From assembly GCA_000175855.1 (NCBI GenBank), contig ACYB01000020.1:1-32000 (forward strand): a DNA stretch of 32,000 nucleotides, in the 5' to 3' direction. This document shows positions 9,038-18,640 of the stretch, in pieces. Within the stretch, counting starts at the first letter, position 1. Every line of letters starts with the position of its first letter. This stretch comes from Raphidiopsis brookii D9 (GTDB taxonomy: Bacteria > Cyanobacteriota > Cyanobacteriia > Cyanobacteriales > Nostocaceae). Under the pieces are notes generated by a model, which did no database searches, had not been told where the DNA came from, and worked only from the letters and a program-made list of their open reading frames with translations. Made by a program: the position numbers and the translations under genes.

Positions 9038-11293
9038 TTAACCTACCGAAAGGATGTGTGCGTGGAAGAATGCCCAAGTAGTGGCAATTCCTCCCAGGAG
9101 GTAGTGAGCCACACCTACGGCCCGACCTTGAGTGATGCTCAAAGCACGGGGTTGAATTGTGGGAGCTACCTTTAGTTTATTATGTGCCCAAACTATGGAC
9201 TCAATTAATTCTTGCCAGTAGCCGCGACCACTGAACAGGAACATTAAACTGAATGCCCAAATGAAGTGAGCGCCCAAGAACATTAGTCCGTAAGCGGACA
9301 GTTCACTACCGTAGGAGTTGATCACTTCTGTAGCTTGTGCCCACAGGAAATCCCGTAACCAACCATTGATGGTGATGGCACCTTGGGCAAAGTTGTCACC
9401 TGTGATGTGACTAACCACCCCATCATCTACAGTACCCCATACATCCGACTGCATTTTCCAGCTAAAGTGGAAGATTACGATAGATAGGGAGTTATACATC
9501 CAGAACAGTCCCAGGAATACATGGTCCCAACCGGAAACTTGGCAGGTACCACCACGACCTGGACCGTCGCAAGGGAAGCGGAAGCCTAAATTGGCCTTGT
9601 CTGGAATTAGACGAGAACTACGAGCATACAATACACCCTTGAGCAGGATTAGTACTGTTACGTGAATAGTGAAAGCGTGGATGTGGTGAACCAAAAAGTC
9701 TGCTGTGCCTAAAGGAATAGCTGCAGCTGCTACTTTGCCACCTACTGCCAACACTCCACCGCCAAACACGTAGCTTACCGCTTCTAGGGCATTGGGTGCT
9801 GTTGTTCCGGGTGCTAGGTGGTGTAGACCTTGTACCCACTGAGCAAACACTGGTTGCAATTGAATTGCTGTGTCTGAGAACATGTCCTGGGGACGACCCA
9901 GAGCACTCATTGTGTCGTTGTGAATGTACAAACCAAAGCTATGGAAGCCTAAGAATATACAAACCCAGTTGAGGTGAGAGATGATAGCGTCACGATGACG
10001 AATCACACGATCCAACACGTTATTTTGGTTCACTACTGGATCATAGTCGCGCACCATGAAGATTGCCGCGTGAGCAGCACCACCTACAATCAGGAACCCA
10101 CCTATCCACATGTGGTGTGTAAATATACACAACTGTGTGGCGTAGTCGGTTGCCAAATATGGATAGGGAGGCATCGCGTACATGTGATGGGCGATGATGA
10201 TTGTCAAGGAACCTAGGAAAGCCAGGTTGGTAGCCAGTTGGGCATGCCAAGAGGTGGTCAGGTTTTCGTAGAGACCTTTGTGACCTTCGCCTGTAAAAGG
10301 ACCTTTGTGGTTTTCTAGGATGTCTTTGATGCTGTGACCGATACCCCAGTTGGTGCGGTACATGTGACCAGCGATGATGAATAGCACAGCGATCGCTAGG
10401 TGGTGATGAGCAATATCGGTCATCCACAGCCCGCCTGTTACTGGATTCAATCCACCTTTGAAGGTCAAAATGTCAGCGTAGGCTCCCCAGTTCAAGGTGA
10501 AGAAAGGAGTTAACCCACTAGCAAAGCTAGGATATAGGTGGGAAATCAGTTCTTTGTTCAAAATGAACTCATGAGGCAAGGGAATATCCTTAATAGCCAC
10601 ACCGGAATCCAACAGTTTGTTAACTGGTGCGGAAACATGAATAATGTGACCTGTCCATCCCAAGGAACCACAGCCTAGTAATACGGCTAGGTGGTGATTC
10701 AGCATTGACTCCACGTTTTGGAACCATTCCAATTTGGGAGCGCGTTTGTGGTAGTGGAACCAACCAGCAAACAGGAATAAACCTGCTAACACTAAACCGC
10801 CAATAGCAGTTACATAAAGTTGGAATGAGCTGGTTATACCCCAGCCACGCCACACTTGAAATAATCCAGAGGTGATTTGAATGCCGTGGAAACCGCCACC
10901 AACATCACCATTTAAAATGTCTTGTCCCACAATTGGCCATACAGTTTGCGCACTGGGTTTTACTCCCAGCGGATCTGCTAACCAAGCTTCATAATTAGAG
11001 AATTTAGCTCCATGGAAGATCATTCCGCTTAACCATATTGTCACTACGGCCAAGTGGCCAAAGTGTGCGGAGAAGATTTTGCGGGAAATGTCTTCTAAGT
11101 CGCTTGTGTGCGTATCGAAATCGTGGGCGAGGGCGTGCAGGTCCCAAATCCACGTGGTGGTTTTTGGACCTTTAGCCAAGGATCTGTCGAAGTGACCAGG
11201 TTGGGCCCATTTCTCAAATGAGGTAGGCACGGGGTCATTATCAACTATGACTCTTGCTTTTTTCGCATCTCGCTCCGGAGGACTAATCGTCAT
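9038..11293 (-). CDS. psaA: Photosystem I P700 apoprotein A1
   Basis: 751 aa starting '[63 protein letters not shown]', with the FX loop '[18 protein letters not shown]'. Confidence 0.99.
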   Translation of the reverse strand: MTISPPERDAKKARVIVDNDPVPTSFEKWAQPGHFDRSLAKGPKTTTWIWDLHALAHDFDTHTSDLEDISRKIFSAHFGHLAVVTIWLSGMIFHGAKFSNYEAWLADPLGVKPSAQTVWPIVGQDILNGDVGGGFHGIQITSGLFQVWRGWGITSSFQLYVTAIGGLVLAGLFLFAGWFHYHKRAPKLEWFQNVESMLNHHLAVLLGCGSLGWTGHIIHVSAPVNKLLDSGVAIKDIPLPHEFILNKELISHLYPSFASGLTPFFTLNWGAYADILTFKGGLNPVTGGLWMTDIAHHHLAIAVLFIIAGHMYRTNWGIGHSIKDILENHKGPFTGEGHKGLYENLTTSWHAQLATNLAFLGSLTIIIAHHMYAMPPYPYLATDYATQLCIFTHHMWIGGFLIVGGAAHAAIFMVRDYDPVVNQNNVLDRVIRHRDAIISHLNWVCIFLGFHSFGLYIHNDTMSALGRPQDMFSDTAIQLQPVFAQWVQGLHHLAPGTTAPNALEAVSYVFGGGVLAVGGKVAAAAIPLGTADFLVHHIHAFTIHVTVLILLKGVLYARSSRLIPDKANLGFRFPCDGPGRGGTCQVSGWDHVFLGLFWMYNSLSIVIFHFSWKMQSDVWGTVDDGVVSHITGDNFAQGAITINGWLRDFLWAQATEVINSYGSELSAYGLMFLGAHFIWAFSLMFLFSGRGYWQELIESIVWAHNKLKVAPTIQPRALSITQGRAVGVAHYLLGGIATTWAFFHAHILSVG

Positions 11294-11484
11294 TCGACCT
11301 CCTCTGTCAATAGGGAATGAGGAATCATGGACACCACAGAGTTAATTTTACTCTTCGTTTCCAGTTGTTTTCTGGAACCGTGTGGATTTTTCGTTTCTGT
11401 TGAATTATAGAGTCTGTACTTGTACTTTGTTGGAGACATTTTAACAATAATTTAAAATTGCCAGATTCGTTGTTACATCTGCCT

Positions 11485-11549
11485 TTTATATTTATGTCTC
11501 TTGCTAAAAAGTCAAGAGTTTTTTTATTTAATTTACAAACCATTACAAT
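11485..11549 (-). promoter_or_regulatory. Candidate psaA promoter with upstream HLR1-like (RpaB) element
   Basis: Read on the minus strand: TTGACT (11515-11510), 19 nt, TATAAA (11490-11485). On the plus strand 11532-11549 reads TTTACAAA-CC-ATTACAAT, two 8-mers separated by 2 nt as in HLR1. Confidence 0.5.
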
Positions 11550-11803
11550 TCTTAAAACTAATAGTTTTTAGGATCCTGTGGACACCCTTTCCCTGCTCTC
11601 CTGACCTTAGTTGTACTTAAACTATTGCCACAATTTATAGTAATTAATGTTACTTAACATAGCGATTTTGTTTCAGAAGAGCAGTCTAGCTCAAACTACA
11701 GAATGATTATTTTTCATGAGTTTAGGAGAAAATATGTGAGTGAGACTGGTTGTCGTTTAATATGTGATAAATAGATTTTCTTGAGGAGAACCTTAGGTAA
11801 GGG

Positions 11804-12995
11804 TATGAACCGTAAGTTAATAAAAATGAAAAAAAGCCTTTTTAAACTTTACCTTTCCTTAACAAGATGGGTTACTATTCTAGCAATAGCCTTTTATGCT
11901 AGTGCTTGTACTGATAAGGTAGGAGGGCAAGATGTAGTTATTAAACCAGAAAAACCACCAATTGAAATTCCCCAAAAACCAAGACAGTTCTCTGAAGTGT
12001 CTCCACCGCAAGTTATTCAAGAGCTAGAGTCTGATTTAGAACCTTATCAGCCACAGGTATCAATAGTTAATCCCATCCTTGATCAGGTTATAGAAGAGAA
12101 CTCTGTAGCAGTGCGTTTCCAGGTGAGGGATTTACCAATCTTTAAGCATCCTCAACTTCAACTAGGTCCACATTTACACGTGATTCTTGATAATCAACCT
12201 TACATACCAGTTTATGATTTAAACATTCCATTAGTGCTTAAAGATTTGTCTGCTGGTACACATACACTTAGAGTTTTTGCATCTCGTCCCTGGCACGAAA
12301 GTTTTAAGAATGAGGGAGCTTATGCACAAACAACTTTCCATGTATTAACAAAAAGTAGCGATAATAATCCTGATCCTAATTTACCTCTACTTACTTACAG
12401 TCGTCCCAATGGTAATTATGGTGCGGAGCCAATAATGTTAGATTTTTATCTTGGTAATGCCCCTTTACATACGGGTGCACAAGAAAATCTTGAGGGTGAG
12501 GAAAGTAATGTAGGTAGTAATATAGGTAATTGGCGGATTCGTTGCACCATTAATGGTGAAAGTTTTGTTTTAGACAATTGGGAGACAATCTATCTCAAAG
12601 GATTTAAACCCGGTAAAAACTGGGTAGAACTGGAATTTTTGGACAATGAAGGTAATCCTGTTAAGAACGTATTTAACAGCACGGTGAGAATGATTGATTA
12701 TCAACCCGGTGGTCAGGATACTCTATCAAAAATCGTGAGAGGGGAAGTGACCGCTCAAGAGGTTCGTGGGATAGTAGATCCAAATTATGTGGAGACTCCC
12801 ACCTCTAAACCATCATCCGTAACAAAGTCTGAAATTGAAGTCATACCAACTCCGGAAACGGTAGAAGGGAAATTGGAACCAACACTCCCCACCCCACCAA
12901 CTGAGTCATTATCAACTCCAGAAACGGTAGAAGGGAAATTGGAACCAACACCCCCACCCCACCAACCGAGTCATTATCAACTCAGGAAACGGTAG
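11804..12995 (+). CDS. Putative lipoprotein with Pro/Thr/Glu-rich C-terminal tandem repeats; frame interrupted in the repeat array
   Basis: The ORF is open from 11781; a better start is ATG at 11804 only if in frame (not verified), or MNRKLIK/MKKSLFK just downstream. The N-terminus has a hydrophobic stretch and lipobox-like 'FYASAC'. The C-terminus carries 'TPETVEGKLEPTxPTPPTESLS' units, then shifts frame to 'PHQPSHYQLRKR*'. Confidence 0.6.
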
Positions 12996-13195
12996 AAGGG
13001 AAATTGGAACCAACACCCCCCACCCCACCAACCGAGACATTATCAACTCAGGAAACGGTAGAAGGGAAATTGGAACCAACACCCCCCACCCCACCAACCG
13101 AGTCATTATCAACTCCAGAAACGGTAGAAGGGAAATCGGAACCAACACCCCCCACCCCACCAACCGAGTCATTATCAACTCCAGAAACACTAACT
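12848..13195 (+). repeat. Coding tandem repeat, period 66 bp (22 aa), five full units plus a partial sixth
   Basis: Unit starts at 'aact(c)' are 12848, 12914, 12979, 13045, 13111 and 13177, giving spacings 66, 65, 66, 66, 66. Consensus peptide: STPETVEGKLEPTPPTPPTESL. Confidence 0.95.
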
Positions 13196-14127
13196 TAGGA
13201 ACTTAGGTTAGAACATAGAGTCTCCACCAAACTAAGTCCTGCTATAGAATTACCGATTGGATCTAAAGCAGGACTATAAGTTGCGATCGCCCCTTGATTA
13301 GGTATAACAACTAACAATGCTCCACTAATACCCGACTTCATGGGTAAACCAATCTTTTGCCTATAGTGGGAGGATGCTTGATAAAGTCCACAGGTTAGCA
13401 TCACATCATTCACCAGCAACCGATGTTGAGGACTAATTAAACCCTGATCATCAGCCAATAATTTTCCTAACCTTCCTAAATCTACCACTGTTCCAGAGAT
13501 ACAGCATATTTGTTCGTAAATGTCAATAGCAGATTCAATATTTTCAATATATCCGTGCTGACAGAGAACCTGGGCGATCGCCAAATTAAGCTGAGAGCGG
13601 GTAGATCGGACAGAATTTAACATATTCATATCTAAATACAGTTGAGTGTCAGCTAACTGATTTAGCCATTTAATAAAATGTTCACATAAATCATCAGATA
13701 CGCCATCATAATTACTACTCAAACGAGTTTGACCTATAGTCTTTAACTTATCCGCTACAGTAATAGCACCACTATTAATCATCGGATTCCGGGGGTATCC
13801 ATGATCCGAAATCAACTGTTCTAAAGAATTAAAAGCCATTGATGAAGGAGATGTACCAACTGATTGTAGAACTTGTTCCTTCCCCAAATGTTCAAGTAGA
13901 TATAAGAACGAAAAAGGTTTAATAACACTCATTAAGGGAAAATGTTGTTGATAATCTCCTAGTTGATAATTAATATTAGGTTGACAGTATATATAAACAG
14001 CAAACCATTGAGGATCAGCACTAGCTAAAAGGGGTATACGCTCAATAACTTGACCTTGAGAGATTTTAGCTTGAGACTGTGCCATCCAAAGTGACAAATT
14101 TTCAACTGACAAGTGATTAATTAACAA
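13195..14127 (-). CDS. glsA: Glutaminase A
   Basis: 310 aa. 'FPLMSVIKPFSFLYLLEHLG' has the Ser-x-x-Lys motif and 'GYPRNPMINSGAITVADKL' is a glutaminase signature. Also 'SGISGALLVVIPNQGAIATYSPALDPIGNSIAG'. Confidence 0.93.
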   Translation of the reverse strand: MLINHLSVENLSLWMAQSQAKISQGQVIERIPLLASADPQWFAVYIYCQPNINYQLGDYQQHFPLMSVIKPFSFLYLLEHLGKEQVLQSVGTSPSSMAFNSLEQLISDHGYPRNPMINSGAITVADKLKTIGQTRLSSNYDGVSDDLCEHFIKWLNQLADTQLYLDMNMLNSVRSTRSQLNLAIAQVLCQHGYIENIESAIDIYEQICCISGTVVDLGRLGKLLADDQGLISPQHRLLVNDVMLTCGLYQASSHYRQKIGLPMKSGISGALLVVIPNQGAIATYSPALDPIGNSIAGLSLVETLCSNLSS

Positions 14128-14185
14128 GTGATTAAGGTTGATTAGTGTGACTATGTCTCAGGTTACTCACAAATGCGATCGCTGC

Positions 14186-14308
14186 TTATAAATTTATACA
14201 AGCAGTTGCAACACTACGATAACCATATTCGTTTAACCAATTCTGCAGTTCGTCTAGAAAGCGGGAACTGTCGTCTACAAGGAGTAAATGAACATCTTCG
14301 GTTTTCAT
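14186..14308 (-). pseudogene. Truncated response-regulator receiver-domain fragment
   Basis: Manual translation of the minus strand from ATG at 14308 gives MKTEDVHLLLVDDSSRFLDELQNWLNEYGYRSVATACINL*. The start resembles beta1 and acidic pair 'LLLVDD' of REC domains and stops before the phospho-accepting Asp. Confidence 0.65.
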
Positions 14309-14433
14309 AATTCTCTAACTGTGACAATCTGGAAGAAGCAGAATTTAAGTTCTACCGTTTAGTAATGTAGTCTTTTATTTAAGCAGTGTTAGTAATGTAA
14401 CATCAAATTACTTTTGAGTCAAGTATAACCACG

Positions 14434-15615
14434 CTAGATATCAGGATAGGGGATATAGATCTCAAATTTTACCCCATTCACTCCGACTTCTCTAATATAC
14501 CCTCCCATCTGGGTCAATGTTTTACGGATAATAAATAGTCCCAATCCACTGCTGTAAGTCCCCGTTGCTGTGGTATTTAAGGGTTGAAAAACCCAATCCT
14601 TTTTGTCAGGAGCAATTCCCAAACCATTGTCGATAAATTCGATATACAAGTATTTTTTGCTACCAGGAATATTGGCACCACGAATCCCTGGAGGGTTAGT
14701 TACATCTTGGGAATTAATCTTAATTTGTAAGTCTGAGTTATCCGGATTATGTTTGAGAGAATTTTCTACTAGTTCGTTTAGAATACTCTTAATTTTTTCT
14801 TCATCACCATTAAAGTCGGAATCACCATTTTCAATATTTAAACTAATCTGAGCATTATCAATTTGAGTATTAAACTCCCATGTTTCAAATATTTTTTTCA
14901 CCTTGAATTGCCTATTCTTTATCCTAATTCCCTCATTAATTGCTTTGAGGTCATTTAAAGCATCTTGAGTTAATTCCAGTTGTGTCAACAGGTTATTAAA
15001 TTGAGAAAATTGGGGATCATTGCCAGTGAATTTTTTGATAGCGCGTCGAGTTTTAGATTCAACAATTGCCAATTCATTATTAACAAAATCAGAAATGTCG
15101 TGGGCAGTTTTGGCAATAATTTCTAGAATCTTTCCATATTCTTTATTGGCAATAATTTCAATTTGTTCAATTTGCGATTTCTCCAGTGATCGACGGTGGT
15201 TAATTTCTTGTAATACCTCCTCAATATTTGAAATAATACTTTCCAGCAAAGCATCTTTTATGGAAGAAATCCGTAAAATTCTGTAGGCAATACTTTTAAG
15301 AATAGTAATTTCATTAGCTATTTTGTGGTAAATTGCTCTATTGAGAATTTGGGCATCTTTCAAATTATTAGAATCATCAGGAACCGTTTTAAAATATTCT
15401 TCTTCGGTTAAATTTAGTGTTAACATTTCCATGGCTTGAGCATAACGTGGGGACTCTTCGGCAATTTGCTGTAACATCTTTACAGCAGTTTGGTTATGAG
15501 GACTATGGGCAAGGATACTTCTTGCACTGGATAGTATGGACTTCTCCCTATCATCTGAATTAGCAATTGCTATATTAAATTGACTTATCCCCACACTAAA
15601 GCGACGGGGATTCAT
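14434..15615 (-). CDS. Sensor histidine kinase-like protein
   Basis: C-terminal HATPase motifs: 'ILNELVENSLKHNPDNS' (N-box), 'IEFIDNGLGIAPDKKDWVFQPLNTT' (G1/F) and 'YSSGLGLFIIRKTL' (G2). The ORF track extends to 15705, but ATG at 15615 (MNPRRFSVGISQFN) looks more likely. Confidence 0.8.
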   Translation of the reverse strand: MNPRRFSVGISQFNIAIANSDDREKSILSSARSILAHSPHNQTAVKMLQQIAEESPRYAQAMEMLTLNLTEEEYFKTVPDDSNNLKDAQILNRAIYHKIANEITILKSIAYRILRISSIKDALLESIISNIEEVLQEINHRRSLEKSQIEQIEIIANKEYGKILEIIAKTAHDISDFVNNELAIVESKTRRAIKKFTGNDPQFSQFNNLLTQLELTQDALNDLKAINEGIRIKNRQFKVKKIFETWEFNTQIDNAQISLNIENGDSDFNGDEEKIKSILNELVENSLKHNPDNSDLQIKINSQDVTNPPGIRGANIPGSKKYLYIEFIDNGLGIAPDKKDWVFQPLNTTATGTYSSGLGLFIIRKTLTQMGGYIREVGVNGVKFEIYIPYPDI

Positions 15616-15655
15616 TAGAATCTTGCTTAGACAGAGACTTCTTACTCGAAGCGTG

Positions 15656-16150
15656 TCACAAGCGTAAATTGGTTGGCATTGGTAAATAAAATTCAGATAT
15701 CCCAAACCAGGCTTTAACTTGATTACCCAAAGGAAAACGTATTAACCCATCAACTAATTTTAGCCATCTTTTAGGGTAGCTAACGGTAAATAATCCGTTA
15801 GGTTTTCTATAATTGAGTGCTTTTGGTTTTTGGTCGATGTTACCTTTTTTTGCTTCCCTTAATAATCCTTTGAATGACTTAAAAGCTTCACCAACTGTCA
15901 AACATGTTTGCTGCATACTAGAAGCATACCCAGCATTAAAATGTTTATTACCTTTCATTTGCGCCGTTAATTCATAACCTGTCACTATTCTTTTAGTTTT
16001 GAACCAAATTTGACGAGCATAATATACAGCACAGTTATATAAATCATTAGATTCATTACATAAATACTCTATTATCGCTAGAGTATCTTTATCCCCATTA
16101 ATCAAAATTTGTTGGCATCCAATCAAGAAAATCACCTCTTTGCATTTCAT
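15656..16150 (-). pseudogene. tnpB: IS200/IS605-family TnpB, N-terminal portion only
   Basis: From ATG at 16150: MKCKEVIFLIGCQQILINGDKDTLAIIEYLCNESNDLYNCAVYYARQIWF...GNQVKAWFGISEFYLPMPTNLRL*. TnpB-like N-terminus of about 165 aa with no RuvC-like catalytic or zinc-finger part. Confidence 0.8.
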
Positions 16151-16202
16151 AGTATTTATGTTAACATCTTGGTTTATGACTGTCAATATATCAACCAAGA
16201 TT

Positions 16203-16613
16203 ATGAGAAAAGATTCTGTAAGATACAGACACAACAATCACTTAGTAGGTTTAGCTACAGTACACTTAGTCTGGATACCTAAAAGACGCAAGCCAGTTTT
16301 GAAGGGTGATATTAGAACTAGGCTATCTGAGATACTTGAATCAGTCGCGGTTGATAATGGTTGGATTATTAAAGCCAAAGAAATCGCATCCGACCACGTG
16401 CATTTATTGGTTGAATATGATGAAAATACTGCTATTTGTGATGTAGTTAGAGCTTTTAAGGGGCGTAGCTCTAGATTGCTTAGAGATGAATTTCCAGAAT
16501 TAAAGAAACTTCCTTCTTTGTGGACTAGGAGTTATTTTTATGATACTAGTGGCAAAGTTAGTACAGCTAAAGTGATGGAGTACATTAACGACCCCCACCA
16601 CGAACGACACTAA
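16203..16613 (+). CDS. tnpA: IS200/IS605-family TnpA (HUH Y1 transposase)
   Basis: 136 aa from ATG 16203. 'ATVHLVWIPKRRKPVL', HUH motif 'DHVHLLVEY', 'FKGRSSRLLRDEF' and a candidate catalytic Tyr in 'LWTRSYFYDTSG'. Confidence 0.92.
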   Translation: MRKDSVRYRHNNHLVGLATVHLVWIPKRRKPVLKGDIRTRLSEILESVAVDNGWIIKAKEIASDHVHLLVEYDENTAICDVVRAFKGRSSRLLRDEFPELKKLPSLWTRSYFYDTSGKVSTAKVMEYINDPHHERH

Positions 16614-16873
16614 TATTCAATGCGGATAAATTCGCTTGAGTCTGTTTTCCGCCCCTGCTTAAAAGCGAGGGACTACCAACCTCCCAGACTTTTTACGTGT
16701 GATTCTTTGTGATTTTTAGATAAGTGACCGCAAGGAAAGATTAAAATCTTTTTTCGGCGATCGCCCAGTAGCGGAATGGTTTAACCGGACCAGTCCCTAC
16801 AGGTAATGACTGAAAGTCTCATGCAACAGGATTTGCAAGGGTGTGCTCACGATAAAAACCACTAACATCATCA

Positions 16874-18595
16874 TTAGTCCTGTACTCGTAACTTAGCAGC
16901 TTGAATTAGTAATGATTCAGCAAAAGCGATCGCCTGATTAGCAGATTTACCACCAGCTAATTGGGCCAATTCATCCCTGCGAGTATTTAAGTTATCCAAA
17001 GAGGTAACTCTGACTACGGTGCGCTCCTCCGTATTACCGTTTTTTTCAATCACCTCTTTATAAACCCGAAAATGTCGATCAGCCATAGCTGCGACTAAGG
17101 GTTGATGAGTCACACATAATATTTGTTGAGATTCGCTTAATTGATGTAATTTTTCGGCAATAACTTGAGCAACCCTCCCGGAAACACCCACATCAATTTC
17201 ATCAAAAATCATGGTTTGTACGGTATGATGCTGATTAAAACAAGCTTTGAGAGCCAATAAAAACCGACTCATTTCCCCACCGGAAGCAATTTCTGTTAGT
17301 GGTTGAATAGGTTCCCCCGGGTTGGGACTGAACATAAAAGTGATTTTATCTGCACCGGTGGGGGTGGGTGGAGTGGGGGTAATTTCCACTTGAAATTTTA
17401 CCTTTTCCATGGCCAGTGGTTTTAGTTGAGCCAGCAAATGAGATTCTAAATTAATCGCACTCTGTAAGCGTAATTGGGTCAACTGTTGACAGACCTGATT
17501 AAGTTGTTGTAGACAAACTCGCTCCTGTTGTTCCAAACTTTCTAAGGAATCCTCCGTACTATTCAATTCCTCTAATTCATTTTGAATACGTTGATAATAT
17601 TCCATTGCTTCTGAGAGACTAGGTCCATATTTACGACAGATTTGTTTTAGCTCTCTCACTCTTTCTTCCACTTCCTCTAACCTTTGAGGATCAGCTTCTA
17701 ATCCATCTCCATACATACTAATTTGCCTCCCTACTTCCATAACTGTTGCCAACGCATCCCTAACTAACTCCAAAATCCCTTGCAGTTGAGGGTCAAACTC
17801 CACAATGTGGTTTAATATGGTCTCACTACCTCCTAATAAATCCACAGCAGTAGGAGTTCCAGCATCATTTTGATATAGGGACTGATGGATTTTATAACTC
17901 ATTTGTTGCAAATCAACCAGATGATTGAGTCTTTCTCTTTCCTGGTTTAATAGTTCCATTTCTTGGGGATCATGGAGATTTGCTGTGGTCAATTCTTGAA
18001 TTTGATAAGTTAGTAGGTCTAACTGTTGCAAACGTTCCTTTTCTGATCTACGTCGTTTCTCTAAATTTTTATGTGCCTCTTGATATGCAGCGTAAGCAGT
18101 ACTCACTTTCTGTCTATGTTGAATTATATCCTCACCACCATAGATATCCAACCAATCTCTGAGTTGAGCAGACTGTCGCACTTGTAGGGTTTGTCCTTGC
18201 GCAGTAATTTCCACCATGCAATCGCGCAAACTAGTCATAATTTGGCGATTAACTAACACACCATTTACCCGTGAACGACTGCGGATATTAATTCCAGATG
18301 CAGTAATTTCCCGACTGATCACCAGAGAATTATCATCAATCAAATCAATTTCCTGTTCAGTTAACCAAGTAGCCAAAAACGGAGTAATACTGAAAGTTCC
18401 TTCCACCACAGCACGATTAGTTCCAGTGCGAATTACCCGACTAGAAACCCTTCCACCCAAAACTGCATCAATCGCATCTAGAATAATTGACTTTCCTGCA
18501 CCAGTTTCCCCAGTTAAAACATTCAATCCTGGACCAAAATCTAACTCCAGTTGGTCGATTAGGGCAAAATTGTCAATTCTGAGGGATAGTAACAT
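16874..18595 (-). CDS. recN: DNA repair protein RecN
   Basis: 573 aa. 'LRIDNFALIDQLELDFGPGLNVLTGETGAGKSIILDAIDAVLG' at the N-terminus, then 'LTEIASGGEMSRFLLALK' and 'TMIFDEIDVGVSGRVAQVIAEKL'. Confidence 0.96.
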   Translation of the reverse strand: MLLSLRIDNFALIDQLELDFGPGLNVLTGETGAGKSIILDAIDAVLGGRVSSRVIRTGTNRAVVEGTFSITPFLATWLTEQEIDLIDDNSLVISREITASGINIRSRSRVNGVLVNRQIMTSLRDCMVEITAQGQTLQVRQSAQLRDWLDIYGGEDIIQHRQKVSTAYAAYQEAHKNLEKRRRSEKERLQQLDLLTYQIQELTTANLHDPQEMELLNQERERLNHLVDLQQMSYKIHQSLYQNDAGTPTAVDLLGGSETILNHIVEFDPQLQGILELVRDALATVMEVGRQISMYGDGLEADPQRLEEVEERVRELKQICRKYGPSLSEAMEYYQRIQNELEELNSTEDSLESLEQQERVCLQQLNQVCQQLTQLRLQSAINLESHLLAQLKPLAMEKVKFQVEITPTPPTPTGADKITFMFSPNPGEPIQPLTEIASGGEMSRFLLALKACFNQHHTVQTMIFDEIDVGVSGRVAQVIAEKLHQLSESQQILCVTHQPLVAAMADRHFRVYKEVIEKNGNTEERTVVRVTSLDNLNTRRDELAQLAGGKSANQAIAFAESLLIQAAKLRVQD

Positions 18596-18640
18596 TAATC
18601 GATAGTCTCCGTGAGATTGTATGCCAAATATCTCTTAATT

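Larger units (their letters stand above)
15656..16671. mobile_element. Partial IS200/IS605-family element (divergent tnpA and truncated tnpB)
   Basis: Divergent tnpA/tnpB arrangement. A hairpin-like CCCTGC-TTAAAA-GC(G)AGGG lies at 16653-16671 on the tnpA side. No tnpB 3' portion or opposite end was found. Confidence 0.7.

Noticed and set aside
9618-10853. Plus-strand ORFs opposite psaA (9618-9839, 9974-10216, 10041-10427, 10620-10853)
   Set aside because: Antisense shadows of psaA with no domain signal.
12912-13190. 92-aa minus-strand ORF made of 'ELIMTRLVGWGVLVPISLLPF' repeats
   Set aside because: It is the reverse complement of the 66-bp coding repeat. Its apparent repeat structure is only inherited from the plus-strand array.
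12848-13195. Possible CRISPR array
   Set aside because: The units are directly adjacent with no unique spacers, and they encode an in-frame 22-aa peptide repeat, so this is a coding tandem repeat.
15020-15286. ORFs opposite the kinase gene (14603-14851, 15020-15286)
   Set aside because: Antisense to a motif-supported CDS and without recognisable features.
16736-16751. AAAGATT-AA-AATCTTT palindrome followed by T's, downstream of tnpA
   Set aside because: Short, AT-rich and with a 2-nt centre, so it is weak as a terminator and may occur by chance. Not listed as a feature.
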